From: Myxococcota bacterium | GTDB lineage: Bacteria > Myxococcota_A > Polyangia > Polyangiales > Sandaracinaceae | Direction: 5' to 3' | Length of the DNA: 64,000 nt | Assembly (NCBI GenBank): GCA_036149055.1 | Contig: JAYZQJ010000128.1 | Location: 64,001 to 128,000 of the forward strand | Shown here: positions 29,277 through 38,896 of the stretch, piece after piece | Layout: every line of letters starts with the position of its first letter | Position numbering within the stretch: the first letter of the stretch is position 1 | Notes under the pieces: generated by a model | Database searches by the model: none | What the model saw: only the letters and a program-made list of their open reading frames with translations | What the model was told of the DNA's origin: nothing | Made by a program: the position numbers and the translations under genes

Positions 29277-31181
29277 ATGAAGGACGGCGTGGCTCCGGGC
29301 GGGATGCCCATCGACTTCCAGGCCCTGGTGGAGGGCATCGAGGCCATCACCTGGGAGATGGACACCGACGAGTGGCTCTTCACCTACGTGAGCCCTCAGG
29401 CCGAGGCGATGCTCGGCTACCCCCAGGCGCGCTGGCTCGAGCCGGCCTTCTGGAACGAGGTGCTCGTGCACCCCGACGACGCCGTCTGGGCCGTCGACTT
29501 CTGCGTCGCCGCGACCCAGCGCAACGAGGACCACGAGTTCGAGTACCGCGCCAAGGCCTCGGACGGCCGGACGGTGTGGCTCAAGGACCTGGTCCGAGTG
29601 GTGCCGCGGCCGGGTCGCTCTCCGCTCCTGCGCGGGGTGATGATCGACATCACCGCCGAGAAGCAGGCGCAAGCCGAGGCCGAAGAGCTCCGCCGCGAGC
29701 TGCTCGAGGCCCAGGAGCTGGCCCACATCGGCTCGTGGCAGTGGATCGTGGGTGATGACAAGGTCACCTGGTCGGACGAGCTCTACCGGATCTACGGCCT
29801 CGACCCGAAGGCGTTCGGGGCGAGCTTCGGCGCCTACCTGGAGCGGGTGCACCCGGACGACCGGGAGCGGGTCCAGCAGACCATCGGCGGGCTCGTCCAG
29901 CAGGGCGGCTTCTTCGACTTCGAGGAGCGCATCGTGCGGCCGGATGGCGACGTGCGGCACCTCCGCAGCCGCGGCCAGGCGGTGGTGGAGGCCGGGCGGG
30001 TGGTCCGCCTGGTGGGCAGCTGCCAGGACGTCACCGACCAGAAGGAGTCGGAGGAGCGCAGCCGCAAGCTCCTGGTCGAGAAGTTCGCGCGCAAGCAAGC
30101 CGAGCAGGGGCGGCAGCGCCTGCAGCGCCTCTTCGAGCAGGCCCCCGCGGCCATCGCGGTGGTGACCGGGCCCGACCTGGTCTTCGAGTCGATCAACGAC
30201 GACTACGACGAGCTGCTCGGCGGCCGCGACGTGCTGGGCAAGCCCATGCACGAGGCGCTCCCCGAGGTCGAGAGCCAGGGCTTCATCGAGCTGATGCGCA
30301 ACGTCTACCGCAGCGGCGAGCGCTTCATCGGTGTCGAGACCCCGGCCACCTACCGGCTCGGCGACGGATCCTGGCGCACCGGCTACTTCGACTTCGTCTA
30401 CGAGCCGCTCACCGACGACGACGACCAGGTCTACGGCGTGATGATGCACGCGGTCGACGTCACCGAGAAGGTGGCGGCGCGGCAGGAGCTCGAGCAGCTC
30501 ACGCAGCGCCTCCAGGCGACGAACGAGGAGCTGGAGCAGTTCGCCTACGTGACCTCTCACGACCTCCGGGCGCCGCTCCGAGGGATCGCGAGCCTGGCCA
30601 CCTGGATCGAGGAGGACGTCGGCGACGCCCTGCCCGACCGGAGCCGCGAGCACCTGGAGCTGCTCCGCTCGCGGGTCTCCCGCCTCGAGGGGCTGATCGA
30701 CGGCATCCTCCAGTACTCCCGGGCCGGGCGCCTGCGGGCCGAGCCGGAGACGGTGGACGTGCGCGAGATGGTGGAGGGGATCGTCGACCTCCTCGCGCCG
30801 CCCGAGGGCGTGATCCGGATCGAAGGTGAGCTGCCGGTCGTGCAGGCCGAGCGCGTCCCCTTCCAGCAGGTCCTCCAGAACCTGATCGGCAACGCGCTCA
30901 AGCACGGCGCGAGCGACGACCCGCGGGTGACCATCAGCGCGACCGAGCGCGAGGACGAGCACGAGATCGCCGTCGCCGACAACGGCCCCGGCATCGATCC
31001 CCGGTATCAAGATCGCATCTGGACCATCTTCCAGACGCTCAAGACCCGGGACGAGGTGGAGGGGACGGGCGTCGGTCTCTCGCTCGTGAAGAAGATCGTC
31101 GAGTCGCGCGGCGGCCGAGTGGCTCTAGAATCGCAAGTGGGTCAGGGAGCGTCTTTCTCTTTCACCTGGCCCAAGGGGTGA
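29277..31181 (+). CDS. Cytoplasmic triple-PAS sensor histidine kinase
   Basis: VHPDD x2 plus a third PAS; FAYVTSHDLRAPL; NLIGNALKH; GTGVGL. Confidence 0.92.
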   Translation: MKDGVAPGGMPIDFQALVEGIEAITWEMDTDEWLFTYVSPQAEAMLGYPQARWLEPAFWNEVLVHPDDAVWAVDFCVAATQRNEDHEFEYRAKASDGRTVWLKDLVRVVPRPGRSPLLRGVMIDITAEKQAQAEAEELRRELLEAQELAHIGSWQWIVGDDKVTWSDELYRIYGLDPKAFGASFGAYLERVHPDDRERVQQTIGGLVQQGGFFDFEERIVRPDGDVRHLRSRGQAVVEAGRVVRLVGSCQDVTDQKESEERSRKLLVEKFARKQAEQGRQRLQRLFEQAPAAIAVVTGPDLVFESINDDYDELLGGRDVLGKPMHEALPEVESQGFIELMRNVYRSGERFIGVETPATYRLGDGSWRTGYFDFVYEPLTDDDDQVYGVMMHAVDVTEKVAARQELEQLTQRLQATNEELEQFAYVTSHDLRAPLRGIASLATWIEEDVGDALPDRSREHLELLRSRVSRLEGLIDGILQYSRAGRLRAEPETVDVREMVEGIVDLLAPPEGVIRIEGELPVVQAERVPFQQVLQNLIGNALKHGASDDPRVTISATEREDEHEIAVADNGPGIDPRYQDRIWTIFQTLKTRDEVEGTGVGLSLVKKIVESRGGRVALESQVGQGASFSFTWPKG

Positions 31182-31185
31182 CCGC

Positions 31186-31599
31186 GTGGACAAGCAGCTG
31201 AAGATCCTCCTCGTCGAAGACGACGAGGTGGACGTGATGAACGTGAAGCGCGCCTTCGACAAGGCGCGCATCCAGAACCCGCTGCACGTCGCCAAGGACG
31301 GCGTGGAGGCGCTCGAGCTCCTCAAGGACGACGGGTTCTCCAAGGAGCGGCTCCTCCTCCTGCTGGACATCAACATGCCGCGCATGAACGGCATCGAGCT
31401 GCTCCGCGAGATCCGCAAGAACGAGAAGCTCCACTCGCTCCCGGTGGTGGTCCTGACGACCTCCGACGACGAGCGGGACAAGTTCGACGCCTACGACCTC
31501 AACGTCGCCGGCTACCTCCTCAAGCCCGTCACCTTCCCCAAGTTCGTCGAGATCCTCGACGTGCTCAACCGGTACTGGACCCTGGTGGAGTGGCCCTGA
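31186..31599 (+). CDS. Single-domain response regulator (Rcp1-like)
   Basis: LLVEDD, LLDINMP, LTTS, KP, C-terminal YW. Confidence 0.92.
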   Translation: MDKQLKILLVEDDEVDVMNVKRAFDKARIQNPLHVAKDGVEALELLKDDGFSKERLLLLLDINMPRMNGIELLREIRKNEKLHSLPVVVLTTSDDERDKFDAYDLNVAGYLLKPVTFPKFVEILDVLNRYWTLVEWP

Positions 31600-32753
31600 T
31601 CATCCCAGAGCGGTCCCTTCGGGTGCTGATCGTCGACGACGATCGGGTGGATCGGCTGTGGGCGCGGCGCGCCCTGGAGTCGCTCTGCGAGCCCGACGGG
31701 ATCGGCGAGGCGGCCGACGCCGCCGAGGCCGAGCTGCTGCTCGGGACCTCGAGCTGGGACTGCGCGCTCATCGATCACCAGCTCGGCGCCGACACCGGCC
31801 TCGAGCTCACCCAGCGCCTGCGCGCCGCCGGCCTGCGGACCCCGGTGGTGATGTTCACCGGCCACGGCGACGAGCAGGTCGCGGTGGCGGTGATGAAGGC
31901 GGGCGCCAGCGACTACCTCTCCAAGAACGAGCGCACGCCCGAGGGGGTGCGGCGCGCCATCCGCAACGCGGTGGAGCTCGCGCGCTCGGCCGCCGAGCGA
32001 GAGGCGCTCATCGAGCAGCTGGCGGCGGAGCGCGAGCGCCTCGAGCGGGCGGTCCGCGAGCGCGACGACGTGCTCGCGATCGTCTCGCACGACCTCCGCA
32101 ACCCGCTGTCGACGATCGCGCTGGCGGCGGAGGAGCTGCCCGAGCTGGAGCCTTCGGCGGTCGAGCACATCGCCAAGGTGATCCGGCGCAACGTGAAGCG
32201 GGCCGAGCGTCTCATCTCCGATCTCCTCGACATCAGCCGGATCGAGCGCGGCGCGCTCACCCTGGAGCTCCGCGCCACCGATCCCGAGCGGGTCTGCCGG
32301 TCGGCGCTCCGCCACGCCGAGCTGATCGCGCAGCGCAAGGGCATCGACCTGAGCCTCGACCTCCACGGCAAGGACGGCGACGTCGACGCCGACCCCGATC
32401 GGCTCGCCCAGGTCCTGGACAACCTGCTGTCGAACGCGATCCGGCACACGCCCCAGGAGGGCCGGGTGGTGCTCTCCCTCGCCCACACCCCGACCTCGGT
32501 GATCTTCGAGGTGCGCGACACCGGGCCCGGGATCCCGAAGGACGACGTCGCGCGGCTCTTCGACCGCTTCTACCAGACGGGCCGCAAGAACGAGGGCGGC
32601 GCCGGGCTCGGCCTCGCGATCGCCAAGGGCCTGGTCGAGGCCCACCGCGGCACGATCGACGCGGGCGAGGCGCCCGAGGGCGGCGCGCGCTTCACCTTCT
32701 CGATCCCCCGGCGCCCCTCCCTGAGCGCCCCCGCGACCCCCGAAGCGCTCTGA
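31590..32753 (+). CDS. Hybrid REC-histidine kinase
   Basis: IVDDD...IDH REC domain; VSHDLRNPL; NLLSNAIRH; GAGLGLAI. Confidence 0.92.
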   Translation: MALIIPERSLRVLIVDDDRVDRLWARRALESLCEPDGIGEAADAAEAELLLGTSSWDCALIDHQLGADTGLELTQRLRAAGLRTPVVMFTGHGDEQVAVAVMKAGASDYLSKNERTPEGVRRAIRNAVELARSAAEREALIEQLAAERERLERAVRERDDVLAIVSHDLRNPLSTIALAAEELPELEPSAVEHIAKVIRRNVKRAERLISDLLDISRIERGALTLELRATDPERVCRSALRHAELIAQRKGIDLSLDLHGKDGDVDADPDRLAQVLDNLLSNAIRHTPQEGRVVLSLAHTPTSVIFEVRDTGPGIPKDDVARLFDRFYQTGRKNEGGAGLGLAIAKGLVEAHRGTIDAGEAPEGGARFTFSIPRRPSLSAPATPEAL

Positions 32754-32760
32754 CGGAAGA

Positions 32761-32800
32761 CGAGCGGGGCGCCGAGGAGACCCTCGACGCCCCGCGCTCG
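32761..32800. terminator. GC-rich hairpin between convergent genes
   Basis: cgagcggggcgccgagg ... cctcgacgccccgcgctcg; no U-tract. Confidence 0.5.
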
Positions 32801-32813
32801 ATCCGAGCCGGTC

Positions 32814-33677
32814 TCAGCGGCGGCGGCGCATCACGAGCGCGCCCGCGCCGGCGAGGAGCAGCAGCGCGAAGCCGAAGCCGCCCGAGCGCGCCGGGGTCGC
32901 GGCGCAGCTGATCGACGCCTCGCCCTCGGCCATGCACTCGCCGTCCATGCACGAGGCGGAGCCGCGCGCGCTGGTGTCGACCTCGAGCTCCAGGCGGCTC
33001 TCGAGCTCCATGATGCACTGGTCGACCGAGCCCTCGACGTCGACGTACTGGCCGTCGCAGAAGAGCGCGCCGCTGGGCGCGGTGCACTCGGCCTCGCAGC
33101 CGCCCCGGACCTCGGCGTAGCAGTCGACGTAGCCGTCGGCCTGGCAGTCCACCTGACAGTCGACGTTCGCCTCCGCGTCGCAGCGGCCCTGGCAGGACGC
33201 CTCGCAGCGGGCCATGCAGTCGGCCGACGGCGGGGTCCCCGAGCACGACGCCTCGCAGGAGCCGGCGTAGGTCGCCTCGCAGGAGGCCTCGCAGCGGGCC
33301 TGAGCCTCCATGTCGCCGGCCATGCCCGCGCACTCGGCCTCGCAGGACGCCGACGCGGTCGCGCGGCAGTCGGCCTCGCAGTCGTAGGAGCCCGGGTCGA
33401 CCGTGCAGCTCGCCTCGCAGGCGGTCACGTCGCAGCTCGCCTCGCAGGTCGCCGAGGCGCTGGCCGTGCACATCCCGTCGCACTGGACGTAGAGGTCGGC
33501 CGCGCAGGCCGCCTCGAGCGCGAAGGGCTCGCACATCGCCGTACAGCCGCCGCCGATCAGCACCTCACAGCGCGACGTGGCCGCGAGGTAGATGTCGCCG
33601 CAGGCGTCCTGGGCGCTGGCGCCGACCGGCACGAGCAGAGAAGCACACAGAGAAAGCAGTCCAAGTCTCGATCTCAT
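32814..33677 (-). CDS. Secreted Cys-rich protein with MYXO-CTERM tail
   Basis: Signal ASA-Q; repeated CEASC; tail SCAATPARSGGFGFALLLLAGAGALVMRRRR. Confidence 0.8.
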   Translation of the reverse strand: MRSRLGLLSLCASLLVPVGASAQDACGDIYLAATSRCEVLIGGGCTAMCEPFALEAACAADLYVQCDGMCTASASATCEASCDVTACEASCTVDPGSYDCEADCRATASASCEAECAGMAGDMEAQARCEASCEATYAGSCEASCSGTPPSADCMARCEASCQGRCDAEANVDCQVDCQADGYVDCYAEVRGGCEAECTAPSGALFCDGQYVDVEGSVDQCIMELESRLELEVDTSARGSASCMDGECMAEGEASISCAATPARSGGFGFALLLLAGAGALVMRRRR

Positions 33678-33862
33678 CGTTCCTCCATCGGAGCGAGGCA
33701 CCACCCGCTCACTCGGACTTCGACGTAGCCCCGGAGCCCGAGCTTCACAGAAGGAAGAGTGCCATGATTCCGACCACTTGAGCCAGCGCATAGCCGAAGG
33801 GCGTGAGCGGGCGCGCGCCATGGGTTTGCGGGCTCCCCCGGGCCCGCCATAGTGTCGCGGTC

Positions 33863-34918
33863 ATGGCTGGACTCACCCTGAGCGACCCGACGTTCGAGGC
33901 GAAGGAGCGGCGCAACGCCTTCGAGCGCTTCTGGCTGAAGCTCATCCAGGACGAGCGCGACCTGCCCTTCATCTCGCTCGCGCTGCAGATGACCTTCGTG
34001 CTCATCCCGGCGGCGGTGCTTCTGTACGTGCCCGGCGTGTTCCGATGGTGGCTGGCGCCCGCCTACTGGGCGCTGCTCTTCCTCGGGTTCATGGACCGCT
34101 ACATGCTGATGCTCCACAACACGAGCCATCGGCGCCTGTTCAAGCGGAAGTACAACTTCATGAACAAGTGGGTCCCGTGGGTGATCGCCGTCTTCTGCGG
34201 TCAGACGCCCGAGACCTACTACATCCACCACATCACGATGCATCACGCGGAGGGCAACCTCCCGAACGATCTGTCGTCGACGATGAAGTACCAGCGGGAC
34301 AGCCGGATCGCCTGGCTGCGCTACTTCTTCCGCTTCTTCTTCTTCATCCTCGTCGACATGACCCGCTACCAGGTGCGGAAGAAGCGCTACCCGCTGCTCC
34401 GCAAGATGCTGATCGGCGAGCTGTCGTTCTACGCGCTGACCGCGGCGATGATGTTCGTGAACTGGCAGGCCACGCTCGTCGTGTTCGTGGTGCCGTTCCT
34501 GACCATCCGCGTGCTCATGATGGCCGGCAACTGGGGGCAGCACGCCTTCATCGACCCGGACGACCCGGGCAACGACTTCAAGAGCGCCATCACCTGCATC
34601 AACGCGCGCTACAACCAACGCGCGTTCAACGACGGCTACCACATCAGCCATCACCTGGTGGCCAACCGGCACTGGACCGACCACCCGGGTGAGCTGCTCG
34701 ACAACATCGACGCCTACCGCGAGAACGACGCCATCATCTTCGAGGGCATCGACTTCTTCATGGTGTGGCTGTACCTCATGCTCGGCCGGAAGGACTGGCT
34801 GGCGGATCGCTTCGTCGACCTCCGCGAGGAGAAGCGCAGCAAGGAAGAGATCATCGCGCTCTTCGACCGCCGCCTGAAGAAGTTCTCGCCCGAGCAGCTC
34901 GAGGCCTACCGCAAGTAG
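33863..34918 (+). CDS. Membrane fatty acid desaturase family protein
   Basis: His boxes HNTSH, HHITMHH and HISHH. Confidence 0.9.
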   Translation: MAGLTLSDPTFEAKERRNAFERFWLKLIQDERDLPFISLALQMTFVLIPAAVLLYVPGVFRWWLAPAYWALLFLGFMDRYMLMLHNTSHRRLFKRKYNFMNKWVPWVIAVFCGQTPETYYIHHITMHHAEGNLPNDLSSTMKYQRDSRIAWLRYFFRFFFFILVDMTRYQVRKKRYPLLRKMLIGELSFYALTAAMMFVNWQATLVVFVVPFLTIRVLMMAGNWGQHAFIDPDDPGNDFKSAITCINARYNQRAFNDGYHISHHLVANRHWTDHPGELLDNIDAYRENDAIIFEGIDFFMVWLYLMLGRKDWLADRFVDLREEKRSKEEIIALFDRRLKKFSPEQLEAYRK

Positions 34919-35009
34919 CCCGAGTTTTTTTCCGACATCCACGCAACCACCCTCCGCCTCGCTCGATGGGGGCCCCGGTTTGCCCGGGGACGGGCGAAGG
35001 AGGGAAGAA

Positions 35010-37991
35010 ATGATGACGGAAACCTGGGCGCGCCGATGCGCGCCATGGCTGGCCTGCGCCCTGACGATGGTCGGGTGCGACGGCATGGAGATGACCTGCC
35101 CCGAGGGCACCGAGCTCGTGGAGGGCGCGTGCGTCGCCCCCGAGCCCGACGCCCAGATCGGGATGGACGGCGCCACGCCGCCCCCCGAGGACGGCGGCCC
35201 GATGGTGGAGCCCGATGGCGGGCCCACGACGCCCGACGGCGGACCCATGGGGATGCCCGACGGTGGGCCCATGGGGATGCCCGACGGCGGCCCCATGATG
35301 ATGCCCGACGGCGGGATCCCCCCGGATCTGCCGGACTCGGGGACGCCCACCTGCCCGACGCCCGACACCTGGTACCGCGACTGGGACGCCGACGGCTACG
35401 GCGATCCGGCGGCGAGCGTCGAGAGCTGCGACCCGGTCGAGGGCTTCGTCACGAACGCCGACGACTGCAACGACACCTGCGACACCTGCTGGACCGGCGC
35501 GTCGGAGACCTGCGACATGCGGGACAACGACTGCGACGGCACCACCGACGAGGGCGTCACCACGACGTTCTACCTCGACGCCGACGGCGACGGCCGCGGC
35601 GACCCCGCGCGCACCACCGACGCCTGCGCCGTCCCGACCGGGCACGTGAGCAACGGCGACGACTGCGACGACGGCTGCGACACCTGCTGGACCGGCGCGA
35701 TCGAGACGTGTGACCTCCGCGACAACGACTGCAACGGCAGCGTCGACGAGGGCGTGACCGCGACGTTCTACCGCGACGGAGACGGCGACGGGCACGGCGA
35801 CCCGGCGATGACGAGCACCGGCTGCACCGCGCCGAGCGGCTTCGTCACCAGCGACACCGACTGCGATGACACCTGCGCCGCCTGCTACCCCGGCAACTCC
35901 GAGACCTGCGACGGAGAGGACAACGACTGCAACGGCAGCGTCGACGAGGGGCTCCTCCACACCTACTACCGCGACGCCGACGGCGACGGACACGGCGACG
36001 CTGCGGGCAGCACCACCGCCTGCACCGCGCCGAGCGGCTACGTCTCCAGCGACGACGACTGCGATGACACCTGCGCCGCCTGCTACCCCGGCAACCCCGA
36101 GACCTGCGACGGCGAGGACAACGACTGCGACGTCAGCGTCGACGAGGGCGTGCTGCTGACGTTCTTCCGCGACGCCGACGGCGACGGCTGGGGCGCCAGC
36201 TCGCCGACCACCGAGGCGTGCACCCGGCCGAGCGGCTACGCCGAGCGCGACGGAGACTGCAACGACGCCTGCGCGACCTGCCGACCGTTCGCGACCGAGG
36301 TCTGCGACACCCTCGACAACGACTGCGACATGGGCGTCGACGAGGGCGTTCAGACGCGCTTCTACCGGGACGCCGACGGCGACGGACACGGCCTGGCGTC
36401 GGCGAGCGTGCTGGCCTGCGCCGCGCCGTCCGGTCACGTGACCTCGATGGACGACTGCGACGACACCTGCGCCGTCTGCTACCCGGGCAACTCCGAGGTC
36501 TGCGACGGCGAGGACAACGACTGCGACGTGGACGTCGACGAGACCGTCCAGACCCTCTACTACCGCGACGGGGACGGCGACGGCTACGGCCGGGACGACG
36601 TGACCCAGCTCGCCTGCGCGCCGCCCAGCGGCTTCGTCGGCGTGGGCATGGACTGCGACGACGCGACGTCCTCGACCTACCCGTCGGCCAGCGAGCTCTG
36701 CAACGCGATCGACGACGACTGCGACGGGAGCCGCGACGAGACCTTCACCTGCGTGGAGGGCGAGACCACGGGCTGCACGACCAGCTGCGGGAGCCGCGGC
36801 ACGGGCACCTGCACGACGTCCTGCGAGGAGCCGGACGCCGCCGCCTGCACGCCGCCCTCCGAGACCTGCAACTACGTCGACGACGACTGCGACGGGTTCC
36901 TCGACGAGCGGCTGTTCTCGGTCGGCTCCGAGAATCGCCTCACGGCGCCGAGCAACCTCTCGCGCCCGCGCACGACCGAGTGCCCCGACGGCAGCACCTG
37001 CGCGTTCTTCGTCGGTGCGGGTCAGGTGCTCGGCTACCGCATCGGGAGCGACGGCTCCGTGCTGGAGTCGGCGATCCCGCAGTCCGGCAACGACACCTTC
37101 GACATCGGCTACCGCCCGGGTGACCCCTACCTGTACTACGCGTACATCGACGGCTCGAGCATCGAGATCCGAGTGCTGAACCCGCGGACGCTGGTCGCGG
37201 TCCGCACTCGGTCGATCGCGCGAACCGCGAGCTACCTCCGGGTCGTCGTCGATGGAAGTCACGTGTGGATCTACACGCTGGAGGGGAGCGCGATCCGCCG
37301 CTATCGACTCAGCAGGACGTTCGGCACCTGGGACGGGATGACGCGCAACGTCACCATCTCGGAGGACCCCTTCGACGTCGTCGTCTCGAGTGAGAGTGGC
37401 GACCCGCACTACGTGAGCTTCGTGGTCCCGGTCACCCACCGGATGGTCCAGATGACGCGAGTGCCCGCGAGCGGCTCGCCGAGCACGGTCACGCTGGAGT
37501 CTCTGCCGAGCGACCAGACCGCGTCCGACCCGGCGATCACCACGACCTCCGACGGTCAGATCTTCGTGGCCTGGGCGGTGCGCGGCGCCGCGTCGTTCCT
37601 CGACAACGCCATCCGCTACGGCCACCTCGAGCGCTGGGGGCGACCCCCGCTCGTAGGGAACCTGAGCGGCTACGGGCGGAACACCCCGTCCATCGGTGGC
37701 AGCCCGGGTCTCCAGATCGACGTGGGTCACGCCACCGGAGTGGCCGGCACGGCGGTGTTCCACGCGGCCGTCGCCGAGCGCGCCTACAACGCGAGCAACA
37801 CGACCTGGGGCGAGGTGCATGCCTACACGTTCCAGCGAGCGGGGCTCCGGACGGCCATTCAGAACGAGACCATGCCCTCGAGCTCCCGAACCCATGAAGG
37901 CGCCGCGGTCTCGCCGCTGACCGACATCACCTTCGGAGTCTTCTACGAAGGGAGCCTCTCGCGCGGCCTGTGGCGGCGACTGGGCTGCTGA
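35010..37991 (+). CDS. Large lipoprotein with PDGG linker, 7 MopE-like/DxDGDG repeats and a distinct C-terminal domain
   Basis: MVGC lipobox; seven ~66-aa YRDADGDG.G...DCDD...E.CD..DNDCD..VDE units. Confidence 0.85.
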   Translation: MMTETWARRCAPWLACALTMVGCDGMEMTCPEGTELVEGACVAPEPDAQIGMDGATPPPEDGGPMVEPDGGPTTPDGGPMGMPDGGPMGMPDGGPMMMPDGGIPPDLPDSGTPTCPTPDTWYRDWDADGYGDPAASVESCDPVEGFVTNADDCNDTCDTCWTGASETCDMRDNDCDGTTDEGVTTTFYLDADGDGRGDPARTTDACAVPTGHVSNGDDCDDGCDTCWTGAIETCDLRDNDCNGSVDEGVTATFYRDGDGDGHGDPAMTSTGCTAPSGFVTSDTDCDDTCAACYPGNSETCDGEDNDCNGSVDEGLLHTYYRDADGDGHGDAAGSTTACTAPSGYVSSDDDCDDTCAACYPGNPETCDGEDNDCDVSVDEGVLLTFFRDADGDGWGASSPTTEACTRPSGYAERDGDCNDACATCRPFATEVCDTLDNDCDMGVDEGVQTRFYRDADGDGHGLASASVLACAAPSGHVTSMDDCDDTCAVCYPGNSEVCDGEDNDCDVDVDETVQTLYYRDGDGDGYGRDDVTQLACAPPSGFVGVGMDCDDATSSTYPSASELCNAIDDDCDGSRDETFTCVEGETTGCTTSCGSRGTGTCTTSCEEPDAAACTPPSETCNYVDDDCDGFLDERLFSVGSENRLTAPSNLSRPRTTECPDGSTCAFFVGAGQVLGYRIGSDGSVLESAIPQSGNDTFDIGYRPGDPYLYYAYIDGSSIEIRVLNPRTLVAVRTRSIARTASYLRVVVDGSHVWIYTLEGSAIRRYRLSRTFGTWDGMTRNVTISEDPFDVVVSSESGDPHYVSFVVPVTHRMVQMTRVPASGSPSTVTLESLPSDQTASDPAITTTSDGQIFVAWAVRGAASFLDNAIRYGHLERWGRPPLVGNLSGYGRNTPSIGGSPGLQIDVGHATGVAGTAVFHAAVAERAYNASNTTWGEVHAYTFQRAGLRTAIQNETMPSSSRTHEGAAVSPLTDITFGVFYEGSLSRGLWRRLGC

Positions 37992-38015
37992 GCTCGGGCT
38001 CGCCCTGACCTCGGC

Positions 38016-38084
38016 GGGGGCGGAGTGACGGACGGCTCACGTAGGTCGAACGACCACGTAAGTTCCCAAGTTCACTCCGTCCCC
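38016..38084. repeat. Degenerate copy of the ~70-nt palindromic element
   Basis: Intact right arm caagttcactccgtcccc (38067-38084), decayed left arm gggggcggagtga, core gtaggtcgaacgaccac. Confidence 0.8.
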
Positions 38085-38875
38085 CCTTCCGCGAATCTGG
38101 ACAGGGCTTCGGCGAGCTCGGTAGCCTGGGTCTTCTGGATGTTGTGCCCGCCGTCTTCGAAGACGAGGCGCGGGCCGGGCGGGAGCTCGGTGGCGAGGGA
38201 GAGCCCGATGGCCTCCTCGACCAGGCGGTCGTCGCGCGCCCAGGCGAGGAGGGTCGGCTGCCGGAGGCCGCGCGCGGCGGCGCGGTGATCGGCGAAGGAG
38301 AGCTGGTAGACGATGCGCGTCGCCTCGACCATCTCGCCGAGCGGCGTCGACGCCGGGAAGCCGGCGCGCCGGAAGCCGCGGCGCATCACGGGCGCGAGCG
38401 CGCGGGCCACGCCGGGCACCCCGAGGAGGCGAGCGACGTCGGGGCTCCGCTGGATGCGTCTCGCCATCCGGTGCGGGTGCAGGCCGACCGAGGCGAGCAG
38501 GGCGACGCGCTCCACCCGCGGGTCCGCCGCCGCCACCGCCATCGCCAGCGGGCCGCCCATGGAGTGACCGAGGATCGTCACCCGCTCGAGCGCGAGCGCG
38601 TCGATCGCGGCGCGCACGAAGCCCACGCGGTCCGCGAGCCGCGCCCCGGTCCCGGAGCGCACCGGCGTGGCGCCGAAGCCCGGCTGGTCGACGCGGACGA
38701 GGCGCACGCGGCCGCCCAGGGCAGAGGCGAGCCACCGGAAGTCGCGCCCCGAGCCGGGCAGCCCGTGGATCGCGAGCACCGTGGGCCCGGCGCCCTCCTC
38801 GCTGTACGCGAACGGGCCGCGGGCGGTCCGGGCGGTGCGGGTCGGCGGATCGCTGGGGCGGTCGGGCGTGCTCAA
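38072..38875 (-). CDS. Alpha/beta hydrolase
   Basis: HGLPG, DQPGFG, GHSMGG, DD, GGH. The stop codon lies inside the palindromic element. Confidence 0.92.
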   Translation of the reverse strand: MSTPDRPSDPPTRTARTARGPFAYSEEGAGPTVLAIHGLPGSGRDFRWLASALGGRVRLVRVDQPGFGATPVRSGTGARLADRVGFVRAAIDALALERVTILGHSMGGPLAMAVAAADPRVERVALLASVGLHPHRMARRIQRSPDVARLLGVPGVARALAPVMRRGFRRAGFPASTPLGEMVEATRIVYQLSFADHRAAARGLRQPTLLAWARDDRLVEEAIGLSLATELPPGPRLVFEDGGHNIQKTQATELAEALSRFAEGGTE

Positions 38876-38896
38876 GGGAGGGCGACGATACCAGCC

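Noticed and set aside
26360..29383. 1007-aa minus-strand ORF
   Set aside because: Only the last 223 codons look coding; the rest overlaps the pssA-like gene out of frame and the YihY gene antisense.
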